46,377 nt of DNA from a virus (lineage: Duplodnaviria > Caudoviricetes). The position numbers and the translations under genes are program-made. Numbering within the stretch: the first letter of the stretch is position 1; every line of letters starts with the position of its first letter. The notes under the pieces were generated by a model that had not been told where the DNA came from, did no database searches, and worked only from the letters and a program-made list of their open reading frames with translations. The stretch covers positions 1 to 46,377 of IMG/VR virus record IMGVR_UViG_3300030372_002499. The stretch is one strand, 5' to 3'. Positions 11,001-18,824 of the stretch are shown here, piece by piece.

Positions 11001-14000
11001 ATTTGTAGTATTATCATTTTTTATAGCATTAGCGTTTTTATTGAGATTTTCCTCATACATAAACTGCATTTCCATAAATAACTTTTGCTTAGGACTTGCA
11101 TTGTCATATGCTTCAGCTCTCTCTTTACTTCTTTTTAAACGATTTATAGTGCTATTTCTTTTTTCCTTATAATCAGGGCCATATATAGATTGCTTAGCAG
11201 TTTCTTCGTTATAATTTGTTAAAACTTCGTCATTAATATAGTTTTTCTTTTTAGTGTAATTAGCCAACCACTCATCACCTTTACCAGGTCTTTCTTGGTT
11301 AAGTTTTTGTTTATGGTATTCTAACTTTGTTTCAATTTGTTGTTTAGTTAAGTTATCTTCCACTTCTATACCTGCTTCACGATGAAGTGATAGTATTTCT
11401 TGGTAATTACTTATTATAGCTTTTTGAGATTTCTCATCCAACCCTAATATATCAATATGCGCCTCTGCCCACGTGCCTACACGCGTTTTCTCTAAATCTA
11501 TATACTCATTCATTAGGTTTTGACGCCTAGTATCTTTTTCTTTTTGAGATATATCTAAATTGTCAAGATTATTTATTTCTTTAAGTTTGTTTTCTATTAA
11601 GTTGTCTAACTTAAGAAGTTTATCTCTTAATTCGCTTCTAATACCGTGATTCATAAAGCCATCATGCGTTAGACTCATAGCATTAGTCCCACCCGACATA
11701 ATAGCAGCATCTATAGCTACTTTTTTGATTTGGCTAAAATCAACGTCTCTACCTAAAAAAGCAGCATCAGTAAGTGCTGTTGATACGTATATACTTTCTT
11801 CTTCCAAAACTTCAAAACCTGCGCTTCTCAAACCAGATACAGAATGATCCCACATCTGCTTGGTACCACTGTAATTTTTTAATTGATGGAAGGTGCTTCT
11901 ATTTCCACCAGTAAACATATTAACAACTCTATTAGAAGTATTTAATCGACCAACTCTTCCAAAAAGATAAGTAAGACCACCTTCAGCACCAATAGTAGAT
12001 GTGACAGCTAAAAAGTGATCAGTAGGACTAAAATCGGCATAAGCCTCAATTTTTCGTAATTCATTTTTTGTTCTATTATAACTTTTTTCATCTATTAAAC
12101 CCGCTTTCTTTAATTTCTCTAATTCTAACAACTCTTTCCTTGCTTGTTCAGCATTTAATTTGTTAGTTAATAACTGAACATGCTTATCACCTCCAGATTG
12201 AAGACCTACACCACCAGAGGCTATAAACATCGATAAGTTTCGTGATAAATTAAGAGCGGTACCGGTTCCCATAGTTCCAATAAAAAACAACATATTAGCT
12301 CCTTGGTCAGCAAAAACCATACCAACGTTTTGATACCAAGGTGCTTCGCCCCATTCATATTCTATCATATGACCACGTGTCTCGGTGTTTCTACGCAATC
12401 TTTCTTGCGATCCTTCATGTCCTAATAAGGCAGGTATACCAAACACTACATTGTCAACACCAAAAGTAAATCTAGTAGCAAAGTTTTTTCTGTAGCTTCG
12501 TTCTTTACCTTTTTCTGAATTAGCAACATCTAAAGCCTGCGTTATATCGTAAGAATCAATTATATTATTATAATAGTTTATTTTACTATTTTCTAACTCA
12601 CTAAATATAGTAGACATCTTTTCCTGAATGCCAAACATCTGATCATGCAATGTCACATCGAAACCATCCAAATCTTTCTCCATAACATCATAAATTGACT
12701 CTTGATCTGCTCCTTCACTAAAGTCATAACGTATAAATTTAGGAGGATTATTAAAATCATATTTATTTACAAAATCATCATCGCTAGACGTTATTACTTC
12801 TCCATTAGATGTTTCAAAAACAGCGGCAATTCCTCTCTCGTGAAGACTTTCTATAGGAGCTATAAGATTCTCTTTAATACCATCACTAGCTATTTTTTGC
12901 TCGTTCTGCATCATTCTATCATTATATAACAAAAATGTATTATGATCAACTGGGACTTCTTCGCCGTCTATTTTTATTATATAAGTTTCATCTGTATGGG
13001 CAATTTCATTTTCAATACCCAACTCTTTGTGTTTTTTCTCTCCCCAGTCTTGGGTTGTGTTACGAATATAATCGTCTTTAACTTGCTGATAACTTTCAAT
13101 AAAATCTTTTTGATATTCTTGTCCAAATATAAAGTATTGATCAATTATCGAATTTAATTCTTCTGCAGATTTATCGTTATTTAAAGGGTGTTCATTAACT
13201 AAATTAGATATAATCTCTTTATCTATTTCAGTATTCTCGATTATAGATTTATTAATATAGTTTATAACTTCTTTTTCGTAATTTATAAGTGTTTCTGTTT
13301 CAATTTTTGGCTCGAGTTGAAGGTGGACCTGTGTTACTTTTGTTTGCGTGTGTCTTGTTACCTCTGGAAACGAAAGTTGTTTAGAGAACTCTCTAAACAC
13401 TTCCTTATCGGTCATTGTTTCTTGTAAACCTTCAGCCTTTTGTTGTTTTTGTTTCTCTATTTGATGATACATTGACGCTCCTTCTTTTTCTAAAACGTCC
13501 ATTTGTTGAGGAGTTATATTATTGGCTATAAACTGTAAGACATCAGTGTCTGGACTATTAGTGCCATTAGCAGCTGATACAAGCACTTCTTCTCCGTCTT
13601 TAGAAAGTACAAACGTTAAATCTCCGCCAACAACGTCTGCTTTTAATGTGTAACCAGTACCATCGAAAAAATCATTAAAATTTTCGGATACCTTTTCAAG
13701 TCTAGGTTCTAATAACTTCCAAGTTTCACCAGACGTTACATAATCATCTCCCATATTTGGCAGGTTATATACGCCTATCTTGTTTCTTACATACGCCATG
13801 TCCTCCATTTTGAAGGCCTTGTTAAGTATGTTTAAATTTCCTTTGTAACTTTGAGCGTTATTACTGTAACTATTGTTCCAATTAATATACGTTTTGTCAG
13901 AAATAAATGTTTGTAACGTATGCATATTAAATGGCCCGTATAAATCTTTATGATAAATAATATCACCCGCGGTTTTAGTTTTTGCGATACCAGTATTAGA

Positions 14001-15584
14001 TTCGTGATACAATCCTTTATTATTTAACGGATCATACACCATTACATAATCAGTTCCGCCACTCCCCCAGCTTAAGTCTTGGTAAGTTACCTCAGCATTA
14101 GAATATAATTGTTGTAACATTGTTGCAGCAGTGTAAGGACTTGATTTGTCTCCAATACCTAACATTAGTCCACTTCTATAATTTCCCGCATGATCTAAAT
14201 ATACAAGTCTATCATACTCCTCCTTCATTTCTTTACTGTTGGAAAAACCATAATGGTCATTAAACTTGCTTCTTAATTCTAATTCTTCTGCGGATAATTC
14301 TAAAGGCAAACTATTCAATTTATCTTCCCCATACTCCGTTTTTACCCATTCTTGAAAAAGTCCTTCGTATTCTACATTGTCAACAATTTGTTTGTATTTT
14401 TTTGAAAACCAGCGTGTCTCTCCGTTTTCCCCGTAAAAACCTACTAAATTTTTTTGTCCTTTATTAAAAGCTTCAAAAAATTCCGTTTCAGGATCTAACT
14501 TCATTAACGTTTCTCCTGATATACTGTTTTTATCAATAATCTCACCTGTAGCCTTGTCTATATAAATATCTTCTTGTGTTTGAAATTCTGGAAGTCCTTC
14601 TTCACGTAGTTCTTTAGCTTCTCTAATTTTTTCTCTATTTCTATAGAAAACATTTTGAATAGGCGTAGCAGTTTTAAGTGCGTCAGGATACTTTTTATTA
14701 AAAGCTTTCATTCCCTTTTCTCCATCGTGCTCAAAATTATTAACTTCTTTTTTAGTCCAACCTCTTCCGCCAGCAATTACAAAAGTATTATTACCATCAG
14801 CATCAATAATTAACGGTACACCTTCGTATTCCAAATCAAGATCAATAAGACCACCTTGATTCCGAAAATAGTCAGCTGTATTTGAACCTTTTTCAATTTT
14901 TATAATACCATCTCTTTCTGTGTATTTTATTCTTTCATCGCTAATTAACGTTGCTATATTTTTATATAATCTATCTAGCTCTTCTTGTGTGACACCTTCT
15001 TTCTTACTAAGTTTCTCTATCAAATAATCATCATAACCTAACATTTCAGATAGAATATCTATAGATTCAATATTAGAACCATCTAAAACATTAGGGCTGT
15101 ATGTCATTAATCTTTTAAACAACTCTCTTGTTTGGGTTTCTTTAACCTCTTCTTCTGATAATTGTCCAACACTATAAGTGGTATTTAAAATCTCATCTTT
15201 AATTATATTTAACTCTTCATCATTATAAAGACCAGAAATAACAAACCTATCAAATTCTTCGTTTTTCCGCGTGGTTTCTTTTAATTTTTCTTTTACCTTT
15301 CTTAAATTTGCTTGTTCTTCTGTTTCAATAGGTTTAAAAGGAGCTAAAAATTGACCTTGCCTATCTTTTGAACCTCCCCAAGGATAAGTTTCTGAATCAG
15401 ATTTTTCTGGTTCTTCAGTTTGCTCTATCTCTTCTGTTTCCTCTGGTTTCTCCTCAGAAGTCTGCTTGGCATGAAAAGCATTATGCCTTTCTTCCCAGAT
15501 TTCTGGTTTAAGAACATACTGTCCTACAGGATGCTTGTCTCCTTCTTTTTCATTATGTTTTAAAGGCGATTTGATTTTAGTCAT
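2028..15584 (-). CDS. Giant 4518-aa polyvalent protein, probable internal virion/ejection protein
   Basis: 13.5-kb ORF directly after tail and ejection-type genes. Visible motifs: Gly-rich hydrophobic segment (~12190-12475), HETGH zincin motif (10287-10301), DFDDT...LTAR...FADD HAD motifs (7058-6051), GGAGSGKS P-loop (~6933-6956), SNPWCI PcfJ-like motif (~5340), helical C-terminal region. Confidence 0.85.
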   Translation of the reverse strand: MTKIKSPLKHNEKEGDKHPVGQYVLKPEIWEERHNAFHAKQTSEEKPEETEEIEQTEEPEKSDSETYPWGGSKDRQGQFLAPFKPIETEEQANLRKVKEKLKETTRKNEEFDRFVISGLYNDEELNIIKDEILNTTYSVGQLSEEEVKETQTRELFKRLMTYSPNVLDGSNIESIDILSEMLGYDDYLIEKLSKKEGVTQEELDRLYKNIATLISDERIKYTERDGIIKIEKGSNTADYFRNQGGLIDLDLEYEGVPLIIDADGNNTFVIAGGRGWTKKEVNNFEHDGEKGMKAFNKKYPDALKTATPIQNVFYRNREKIREAKELREEGLPEFQTQEDIYIDKATGEIIDKNSISGETLMKLDPETEFFEAFNKGQKNLVGFYGENGETRWFSKKYKQIVDNVEYEGLFQEWVKTEYGEDKLNSLPLELSAEELELRSKFNDHYGFSNSKEMKEEYDRLVYLDHAGNYRSGLMLGIGDKSSPYTAATMLQQLYSNAEVTYQDLSWGSGGTDYVMVYDPLNNKGLYHESNTGIAKTKTAGDIIYHKDLYGPFNMHTLQTFISDKTYINWNNSYSNNAQSYKGNLNILNKAFKMEDMAYVRNKIGVYNLPNMGDDYVTSGETWKLLEPRLEKVSENFNDFFDGTGYTLKADVVGGDLTFVLSKDGEEVLVSAANGTNSPDTDVLQFIANNITPQQMDVLEKEGASMYHQIEKQKQQKAEGLQETMTDKEVFREFSKQLSFPEVTRHTQTKVTQVHLQLEPKIETETLINYEKEVINYINKSIIENTEIDKEIISNLVNEHPLNNDKSAEELNSIIDQYFIFGQEYQKDFIESYQQVKDDYIRNTTQDWGEKKHKELGIENEIAHTDETYIIKIDGEEVPVDHNTFLLYNDRMMQNEQKIASDGIKENLIAPIESLHERGIAAVFETSNGEVITSSDDDFVNKYDFNNPPKFIRYDFSEGADQESIYDVMEKDLDGFDVTLHDQMFGIQEKMSTIFSELENSKINYYNNIIDSYDITQALDVANSEKGKERSYRKNFATRFTFGVDNVVFGIPALLGHEGSQERLRRNTETRGHMIEYEWGEAPWYQNVGMVFADQGANMLFFIGTMGTGTALNLSRNLSMFIASGGVGLQSGGDKHVQLLTNKLNAEQARKELLELEKLKKAGLIDEKSYNRTKNELRKIEAYADFSPTDHFLAVTSTIGAEGGLTYLFGRVGRLNTSNRVVNMFTGGNRSTFHQLKNYSGTKQMWDHSVSGLRSAGFEVLEEESIYVSTALTDAAFLGRDVDFSQIKKVAIDAAIMSGGTNAMSLTHDGFMNHGIRSELRDKLLKLDNLIENKLKEINNLDNLDISQKEKDTRRQNLMNEYIDLEKTRVGTWAEAHIDILGLDEKSQKAIISNYQEILSLHREAGIEVEDNLTKQQIETKLEYHKQKLNQERPGKGDEWLANYTKKKNYINDEVLTNYNEETAKQSIYGPDYKEKRNSTINRLKRSKERAEAYDNASPKQKLFMEMQFMYEENLNKNANAIKNDNTTNEEGKTYSDLVEEKVFSPDPSYEINGVQYESVEEFNKELNRLKNEGKLTGEGKYNIVVNNDEAAGNQVEILLKEAGVTTESNTTLDKQETKLNQEQWKEQNNKKRITSEQKQKLDAWYRHVARKRISANTGRDFTKFEEGEINADRINEQVKNITGKDLTIVNLQGKNENEIRSYLDGLNLSAKEYDNVLLAITNGNGAIVNNKFLTVNNEAKNLLNSTNVGERNKAFVGAVWLHETGHYLDNSTKSRAELNEKALLLSKGLLEGKYSSAINDIAIQHLEDKGYLIDGEVMKNVEGVYNMLQDADVNKVVSVDKDGNTITKKDQINTWLDEYIREAEFTLQDGSNDFIYKKLLSEGRRFGKIRSWVGDYTVKSSRDAIFEVVSYIESFRKGELSAVYKSQLERAKGRTDLVGDELQIQRSVQTQINDLVRNQEGEIVTKDQYDMDQVGDAAMLLTPGDETLNGSIVGLGFRIEGNEVYGFPKDEFIQAVKDQLSTAVMNYNPETEYKGVMTGDLSGWLARHILLKKPGVLEDFKKRREALDAAKEPGIEESVIETPEGTVVFAKRLGFDEKVIGKDDNGKEITRNEFDLIVEDIFNEIVEANPKSYKDVKDLVKGGVLVKILNKVAAEFGVNPNKLINDTALTVSERRSIQTKIRSLTARTLLNALPEGFNNVAEATGLPNVLLNAKNPETGEPNLLYNKQEQRAKTGVKQRVGRRFIFPPKKKDKGGAGPFLQVMNFVNDINESHFLDLFGITPVGVESKFRTEDRSVDSPLRAIVVQVAALIANQSTRKIANERGLFGLETIASGKADVQYSKKIAQSGVEQLINDYSNNRATFLGVLNQLGVSKVDENTKLFKEVFYQGLEIAYPNTQWTYNSVNYKNELYKEYNKYRELFVEKFKNYEKPIELNSDFNLIDYLTLEATQDPEFVLAKVFDLGPLKSWIENEINRENQRSYNRNLIAPYIKKLNERGVFDNEIIKAAEELGITPAELQALIRFAGLKAAFEGGYSGLRGSQSIFKNKDFYFDNFLIHIVPGLESITRDRVTLKNPNPPLRITVNGKTVSVKRPDYYKYATSGKQKTEKQHIIQRDKNNNPILSKELITEMEQREELSEEALLFVDDLYAIGAKLSKDPTTKWNKYNFAILIDQMNKDMGTPLRIGAAPMWLALDAPTTEVKDENGKKTFEWEHGGPARKVNLMFIDKHWNSADISLDDIKKTFQVGVLHRDFNDNVSRFFKERMNFGFQIGDSPLGRWNDSMLLGGPAHLLINWKTGEIVGQTHVDYYNKTLNHRKGTQQSRAVQNSRLIDHNTERRGMSAWDFDDTLATTKSGVRATIPNPEGTPQPGRKVIFLAGGAGSGKSNVVSKLNLENKGFKIVNQDISLEWLKKNNGLPENMNDLTKEQRSTLGKLGHQARKIARGKMMKYQGNAEGIVVDGTGGSLNAMQKLVDEFKEKGYDVSMLFVETSLETALERNKARAERSLLDKIVIRNHEAVQGNKKAFKDIFGNRFMQVKTDNLTQDSPMPNKLVEKIDDFVNSYKKIRLDAEEFATQGAEILEQGGVFDFSEFNVVTEGTQGPMFKAAFDRAQKYGTEDTYVLTARPPESAQPIQEFLASQGLNIPLENITGLGNSTGEAKAEWILEKFSEGYNDIYFADDAMQNVKAVKDVLDQLDIKSEVIQAKIQQSRKINFEMDRIIPVTKAGDNTGINNVKDVGTLTADGVYSNIQFSKKHRGEYENLISKSRPDLVEAGLVSQSVDQMFDLVNNLSVPPAKRRKYEKIMTKWLATSVMKLPEDNYKLQDAVELAEKNKEDIFAYSNPNQIIEKYAGKPKGPIDPDTIELFVKDESKTNDKYGITEYVVTEDRENNEFWIDDGQQAVRKIVDTHWGPKSNPWCIIARDKDGTGGMQDAMENWERYSDGPKRIVFQNGKLLAFYASNQYWDRMDNNTDEPVVNIKKGRVTEKAELVPIGDGKYQEFVLETRTVSEDGNTVETLYNQRKEYDQIYEYAAGTRKVENKVNGQTVKETQYRPDGTIQRETSFKNGKAIETRTISKGRTSSINNGLGDMSAKDVVPNFGDLIAHEITEGNTDYWFGKIHLESQGIESEGWRYRGPSGKDQVVTEVGFSTKVGEFELMDVMKRVDGKLRLDLPKIAKIDPDIKGLPPGIQFSKIGKELGNILEATTGMKAEKVFSETQAKIEGNKFKFRGIIPSSAQDFAGLLYNFLGKGKVGEKQMEFFRKTLIDPFSRGINELNAAKQSATTDYNRLKENLPDVKNKLKKDLSKFGIKGSVGKFSVDQAIRVYLWDKAGFTIPGLSKRDQKGLVDFVKSDVNIQSFADQLGLISKRERGYAEPSNDWLIENIASDLMSDGSIGEVRADFLAEWIKNKNEIFSEENLNKIEAIYGSKFREALKDMLWRMETGRSRKSGGGRLMNEYMNWLNGSVGAIMFFNMRSALLQTISSVNYLNWSDNNPLKAAAAFANQKQYWKDFVFLFNSDYLKQRRAGNRRGVNEAELSAAVRGKGPAEQAKAAIRYLLKIGFLPTQIADSFAIASGGASFYRNRVNSYLKQGMSRAEAEERAFLDFQETTEVSQQSARPDMLSQQQTSPLGRLILSFQNTPMQYGRVINKAARDIANGRGDLKTHISKIIYYGFLANILFQSLQTAIWAVLGDEEEEKFDERKTRILNGMLDTLLTTIGYGGKAISTLKNTLLEYHKQREKTLDDNYFTRAEHANTILQLLSFSPPIQSKIRKIYQSMRTEEFNRDLIRERGLTLDNPVWNAIGNTVEGFTNLPLGRLSNKMLNIDNALDSQNTWTQRLALLFGWSTWNLGIKDPDLVALGEDIKERKKQEKQMEKERKKAEKEREKLREKYPDKTDEQIDEAVVIEEKAKQIFDLNKREQVQIIEDLKLNPKDYPKEKDRVDIIIEHYNKDPEKMDSTLTAIENYVPSESEQRSIDLFKMNKKDQVNMLIDLGLSSKQIKKLKYEEDRVNKIIELENKKKSK

Positions 15585-15590
15585 ATTTAA

Positions 15591-16436
15591 TTATGCTTGT
15601 TGATTTGAAGGATTGTCTAGTCTAGCCATTAATTTTTGAGCCTCTGTTTGTGGTTCTTCTTCTTCCATATATTCAGGGTCAAATGCTTTTTTTATTCTAT
15701 TAGAATAATATCTATGAAGTCTAGTATCAATCTCTGGATTAAAAGAAGTAGGATGTAACATTTCATCTGGCATTTCTCCAGAAACGATTTGATCTTGATT
15801 TTCTATAATATAATCTTGTAAAAAGTATCTACCTCCAATTTTGTCAGAAACAAAACTCTTCCAAGCATCGTTGTTGTGTAATAAATTATCTACAGCCCAA
15901 TCAACGTCAAAATCTAGCGGATTGCCCATTGTGTTTCTTTGCTTTACAGCGTCTTGCTGCATTTGCATATACTCTCTTTCTTCAGTTCCTTTAACCACCC
16001 AATCTTGAGTTATGTCTGCTATTTTTTTAGAAATTGGAGTTTCTCCATCTGGAGCTATAACGCTTAATAAAGGTCGTAAATCATCATCAAATGTTATTTT
16101 ACCTTTTTCTAAAAAAAATGGTATGTCAAACTCATTGATATTAGTCCAATTAGAAAATAGCTTTTTACCACCTGTCCCACCTCCATAGTAAGTAGCAAAT
16201 TGTTTTTTAATTTCTTTTAAATTATCTAAATCTCTTGCTATTTGTTTAATAGCAGCATCATATCCACCAGCGGATTGTTTATCTCCATTAGCCATAGATT
16301 CGTCATATTTTTGAACTAGACCAGATACCATGTGATTTATAACTTTTTGATTTTGTATTCCGTGTATTTCAGATGACTTAGCGTCATCTCCATACGGCAT
16401 GTTTTCAAAATATTTTCTTGCTTCTTTATCTGACAT
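15591..16436 (-). CDS. Putative internal virion protein (281 aa)
   Basis: Tightly packed between the Ala/Gln-rich gene and the giant gene; helical composition. Function inferred from position only. Confidence 0.5.
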   Translation of the reverse strand: MSDKEARKYFENMPYGDDAKSSEIHGIQNQKVINHMVSGLVQKYDESMANGDKQSAGGYDAAIKQIARDLDNLKEIKKQFATYYGGGTGGKKLFSNWTNINEFDIPFFLEKGKITFDDDLRPLLSVIAPDGETPISKKIADITQDWVVKGTEEREYMQMQQDAVKQRNTMGNPLDFDVDWAVDNLLHNNDAWKSFVSDKIGGRYFLQDYIIENQDQIVSGEMPDEMLHPTSFNPEIDTRLHRYYSNRIKKAFDPEYMEEEEPQTEAQKLMARLDNPSNQQA

Positions 16437-16446
16437 ATCTTATATT

Positions 16447-17154
16447 TTACGTTGTTGGAGTTTCTTCATCTACTAAACCTTTACCTCTGTCAGCTAGTCC
16501 TGTAAGCCAATCACTACCCATACCAACTCCTGCTTGTAATGCCCCTACGGCAAAATTATCTATTTGAGTGTTCATCCTATCAACAGCCACATTAGCAGCT
16601 TCTTGTCTTTGCCCAGCTATATCTAACATCTTAGCTTGTTTTTCCATATCATATTCTTCTACCATTCTAGCACCTTCTCTTTCAAGCATATCTCTCTTTT
16701 GTTCTCCTTTAGCTTTTAACTCTTGTAATCGACCTGACTCAGCTATCATGGCATCTTGATTAGCTTTTTCTTGAGCGCCAATAGAAACAGACGCTTGTTG
16801 AGCTTGTTTTATTCCTTGGTTGGCTAACACTTGAGCTAAACCAGCTACACCACTTCCTCCAGCTGCACCTTGCATACCTTGCATTATATTAGCCATAGCT
16901 TGTTGTGACTGTTCTTTTTCAAACTCAGCTTGTTTTAAATTTACCGTGGCGTCTTCATAAACATTTTCCATACTTTCGTAAGGGTTCTTTACGCCAGCGT
17001 AAGGGTTTTTCATTTTAGTATTTTCCCAGTCCTCCATTTGGTTTCCAAAGTCTTCTTGGGCAGCATATTGCTCTTGTCTAAGCGCGGCCCCGCCAAACAC
17101 GGCGGTTATAAACTTTGTTGGTGCTGGTTTTTTATATTTCTTTTTATATGCCAT
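16447..17154 (-). CDS. Putative ejection/pilot protein (Ala/Gln/Gly-rich coiled coil)
   Basis: GMQGAAGGSGVAGLAQVLANQGIKQAQQAS segment and long Q/A/E helices typical of podovirus internal proteins; basic N-terminus MAYKKKYKKPAPTKF. Confidence 0.6.
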   Translation of the reverse strand: MAYKKKYKKPAPTKFITAVFGGAALRQEQYAAQEDFGNQMEDWENTKMKNPYAGVKNPYESMENVYEDATVNLKQAEFEKEQSQQAMANIMQGMQGAAGGSGVAGLAQVLANQGIKQAQQASVSIGAQEKANQDAMIAESGRLQELKAKGEQKRDMLEREGARMVEEYDMEKQAKMLDIAGQRQEAANVAVDRMNTQIDNFAVGALQAGVGMGSDWLTGLADRGKGLVDEETPTT

Positions 17155-17192
17155 AATTATATTGTTTTATCTATTATTACAGTTTTTATACA

Positions 17193-17546
17193 TTATTTAC
17201 TACTAGGAGTAATTTCAGAAGCTAAACAGTACATCTCTGCTTTTTCAGTGGAATTATTTTTAAGTGTAACACTTGCGTAATAACCAACTATACCAGAAAG
17301 ATTCATTGAACTATCTTTACCAAACATAAGAAAATCACCTGACTGCGGTATAGTACCACCTGGGTTTATATCATCAATAGTTACGGTTGTTTCTGTAAAA
17401 GCTGTTACTGGACCTATAAATATAGGTACATTAGGAGGTGTTACTTCTAAAAAACCCCCAGATGGAGATGGCGTTTGAAAATAAGCCATGTCACCTATTT
17501 GTAAAGAATCATTATTTACTGGTCCTGTGAATTGTAATGTTATCAT
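17193..17546 (-). CDS. Tail-associated protein resembling the C-terminal cap of phage stabilisation/nozzle proteins
   Basis: Ends LSGIVGYYASVTLKNNSTEKAEMYCLASEITPSSK, which I recognise as similar to the terminus of this family's tail stabilisation proteins (from memory, not an alignment). Confidence 0.5.
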   Translation of the reverse strand: MITLQFTGPVNNDSLQIGDMAYFQTPSPSGGFLEVTPPNVPIFIGPVTAFTETTVTIDDINPGGTIPQSGDFLMFGKDSSMNLSGIVGYYASVTLKNNSTEKAEMYCLASEITPSSK

Positions 17547-17549
17547 ATT

Positions 17550-18812
17550 TTAACTTGCTGTTCCTTCTGTTAATATTCTATTTACATCTATATATATATT
17601 TTGATCTGCTTCTGGAAATTTTCTCACACCTAAATCACAGCTAAAATAGATCAAATTACTAGATCCATCTACATAGATTTTAGCACCTACTCTTACTGGT
17701 TTGGCTGAACTAGCTCCTAACGTACCGTTCCGAAGAGTGATAGTTCCAGTAGAGGTAGATCCTGATACTGCACTAACTGTACAAGCGGTAGTTTCAGAAT
17801 TTTTTTGTAGTCCTCTCATTCTAATAGTAGCGCCCACACCTATACCTGTTGTACCATTAACATTAATAGCTGTTCCTTCAGTCACGTTACTAGTTAACTC
17901 CGTTCTGTTAGTAGTAGTAGTTTGACCAAGCTCTACGACTCCATTTGAAATATTAATAAACCCACCAATAGCATCGTTGATTAAACTTGTTCCGTAGGCT
18001 CTAAATTTAATAGCATGAGTATCACTCCATGTTTCGTTGCCATCTAGTGTAACTGTTTTAGTAGTTGTGTTAATAGCGGTTATAGCTCTTAAGTCGCTTT
18101 GGTAAGTGCTATTTACGTAAGATACTTGCATGCCAATATATAGGTCGTCTACACTTGTTAACGTTAAAGACGTAGAGTTCGTTCCAGCTCCGTTAGCGGT
18201 ATAATTTCCAGTTTCCCAATATACTGCTTCTTCTCCAAAAGTTCCCTTAGTTAAATCTAGACTAGTAGTTGGATTAGTTATAAAAAATCCATAATCATTA
18301 GACGCTGATGAAACTGTTAGTAATTTCTTTTTTATATTTGTGACTAACTGCGTAAGGCGTGTAAACTCAATTGACTCATAACCGTCAACCGTTTCAAGAG
18401 TAGTATCAGTTACACCAACATTAGTAAAATCTCCAGACGCGACAAAAGTTAAAGTAGTAAGAGCTCGTTGTAAAACGCTAGTTAAGTAACGAAGTTTATT
18501 ACTGCCAAAACTAAATTCAGTATTATAATGAGATTCAGCATATACTATGACGTTATAGGTGATATCATCTGCGTTTGGTATAAAAAACGTATATATGCCT
18601 GGTGTTTTATTTAAAAGTCTATAGTTTACGCTTGAACCGTGGTTTGTAAGCGCGGCAAAAGTCTCAGTCTCGAAATTATAACGTTGATTATTATCTGTTC
18701 TAACGATTTCTACACTAAAAACAGAATTTTCACTACCTTCGACAGTTAAGACAATCTTACCACCTACACTTGCCGCTGCTTCGTTTGTACTTACGCTTGT
18801 AATATAATTCAT
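17550..18812 (-). CDS. Thr/Ser/Gly-rich beta-structured tail protein (420 aa)
   Basis: Beta-strand-like T/S/V composition; located in the tail module. Confidence 0.6.
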   Translation of the reverse strand: MNYITSVSTNEAAASVGGKIVLTVEGSENSVFSVEIVRTDNNQRYNFETETFAALTNHGSSVNYRLLNKTPGIYTFFIPNADDITYNVIVYAESHYNTEFSFGSNKLRYLTSVLQRALTTLTFVASGDFTNVGVTDTTLETVDGYESIEFTRLTQLVTNIKKKLLTVSSASNDYGFFITNPTTSLDLTKGTFGEEAVYWETGNYTANGAGTNSTSLTLTSVDDLYIGMQVSYVNSTYQSDLRAITAINTTTKTVTLDGNETWSDTHAIKFRAYGTSLINDAIGGFINISNGVVELGQTTTTNRTELTSNVTEGTAINVNGTTGIGVGATIRMRGLQKNSETTACTVSAVSGSTSTGTITLRNGTLGASSAKPVRVGAKIYVDGSSNLIYFSCDLGVRKFPEADQNIYIDVNRILTEGTAS

Positions 18813-18824
18813 TTGCTAATATTT

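Noticed and set aside
15900-15914. DFDVD in the 281-aa protein, resembling the DFDID catalytic motif of crAss-like virion RNA polymerases
   Set aside because: Protein is far too small and lacks recognisable double-psi barrel context; likely coincidence. The DFDDT in the giant protein is a HAD motif I.
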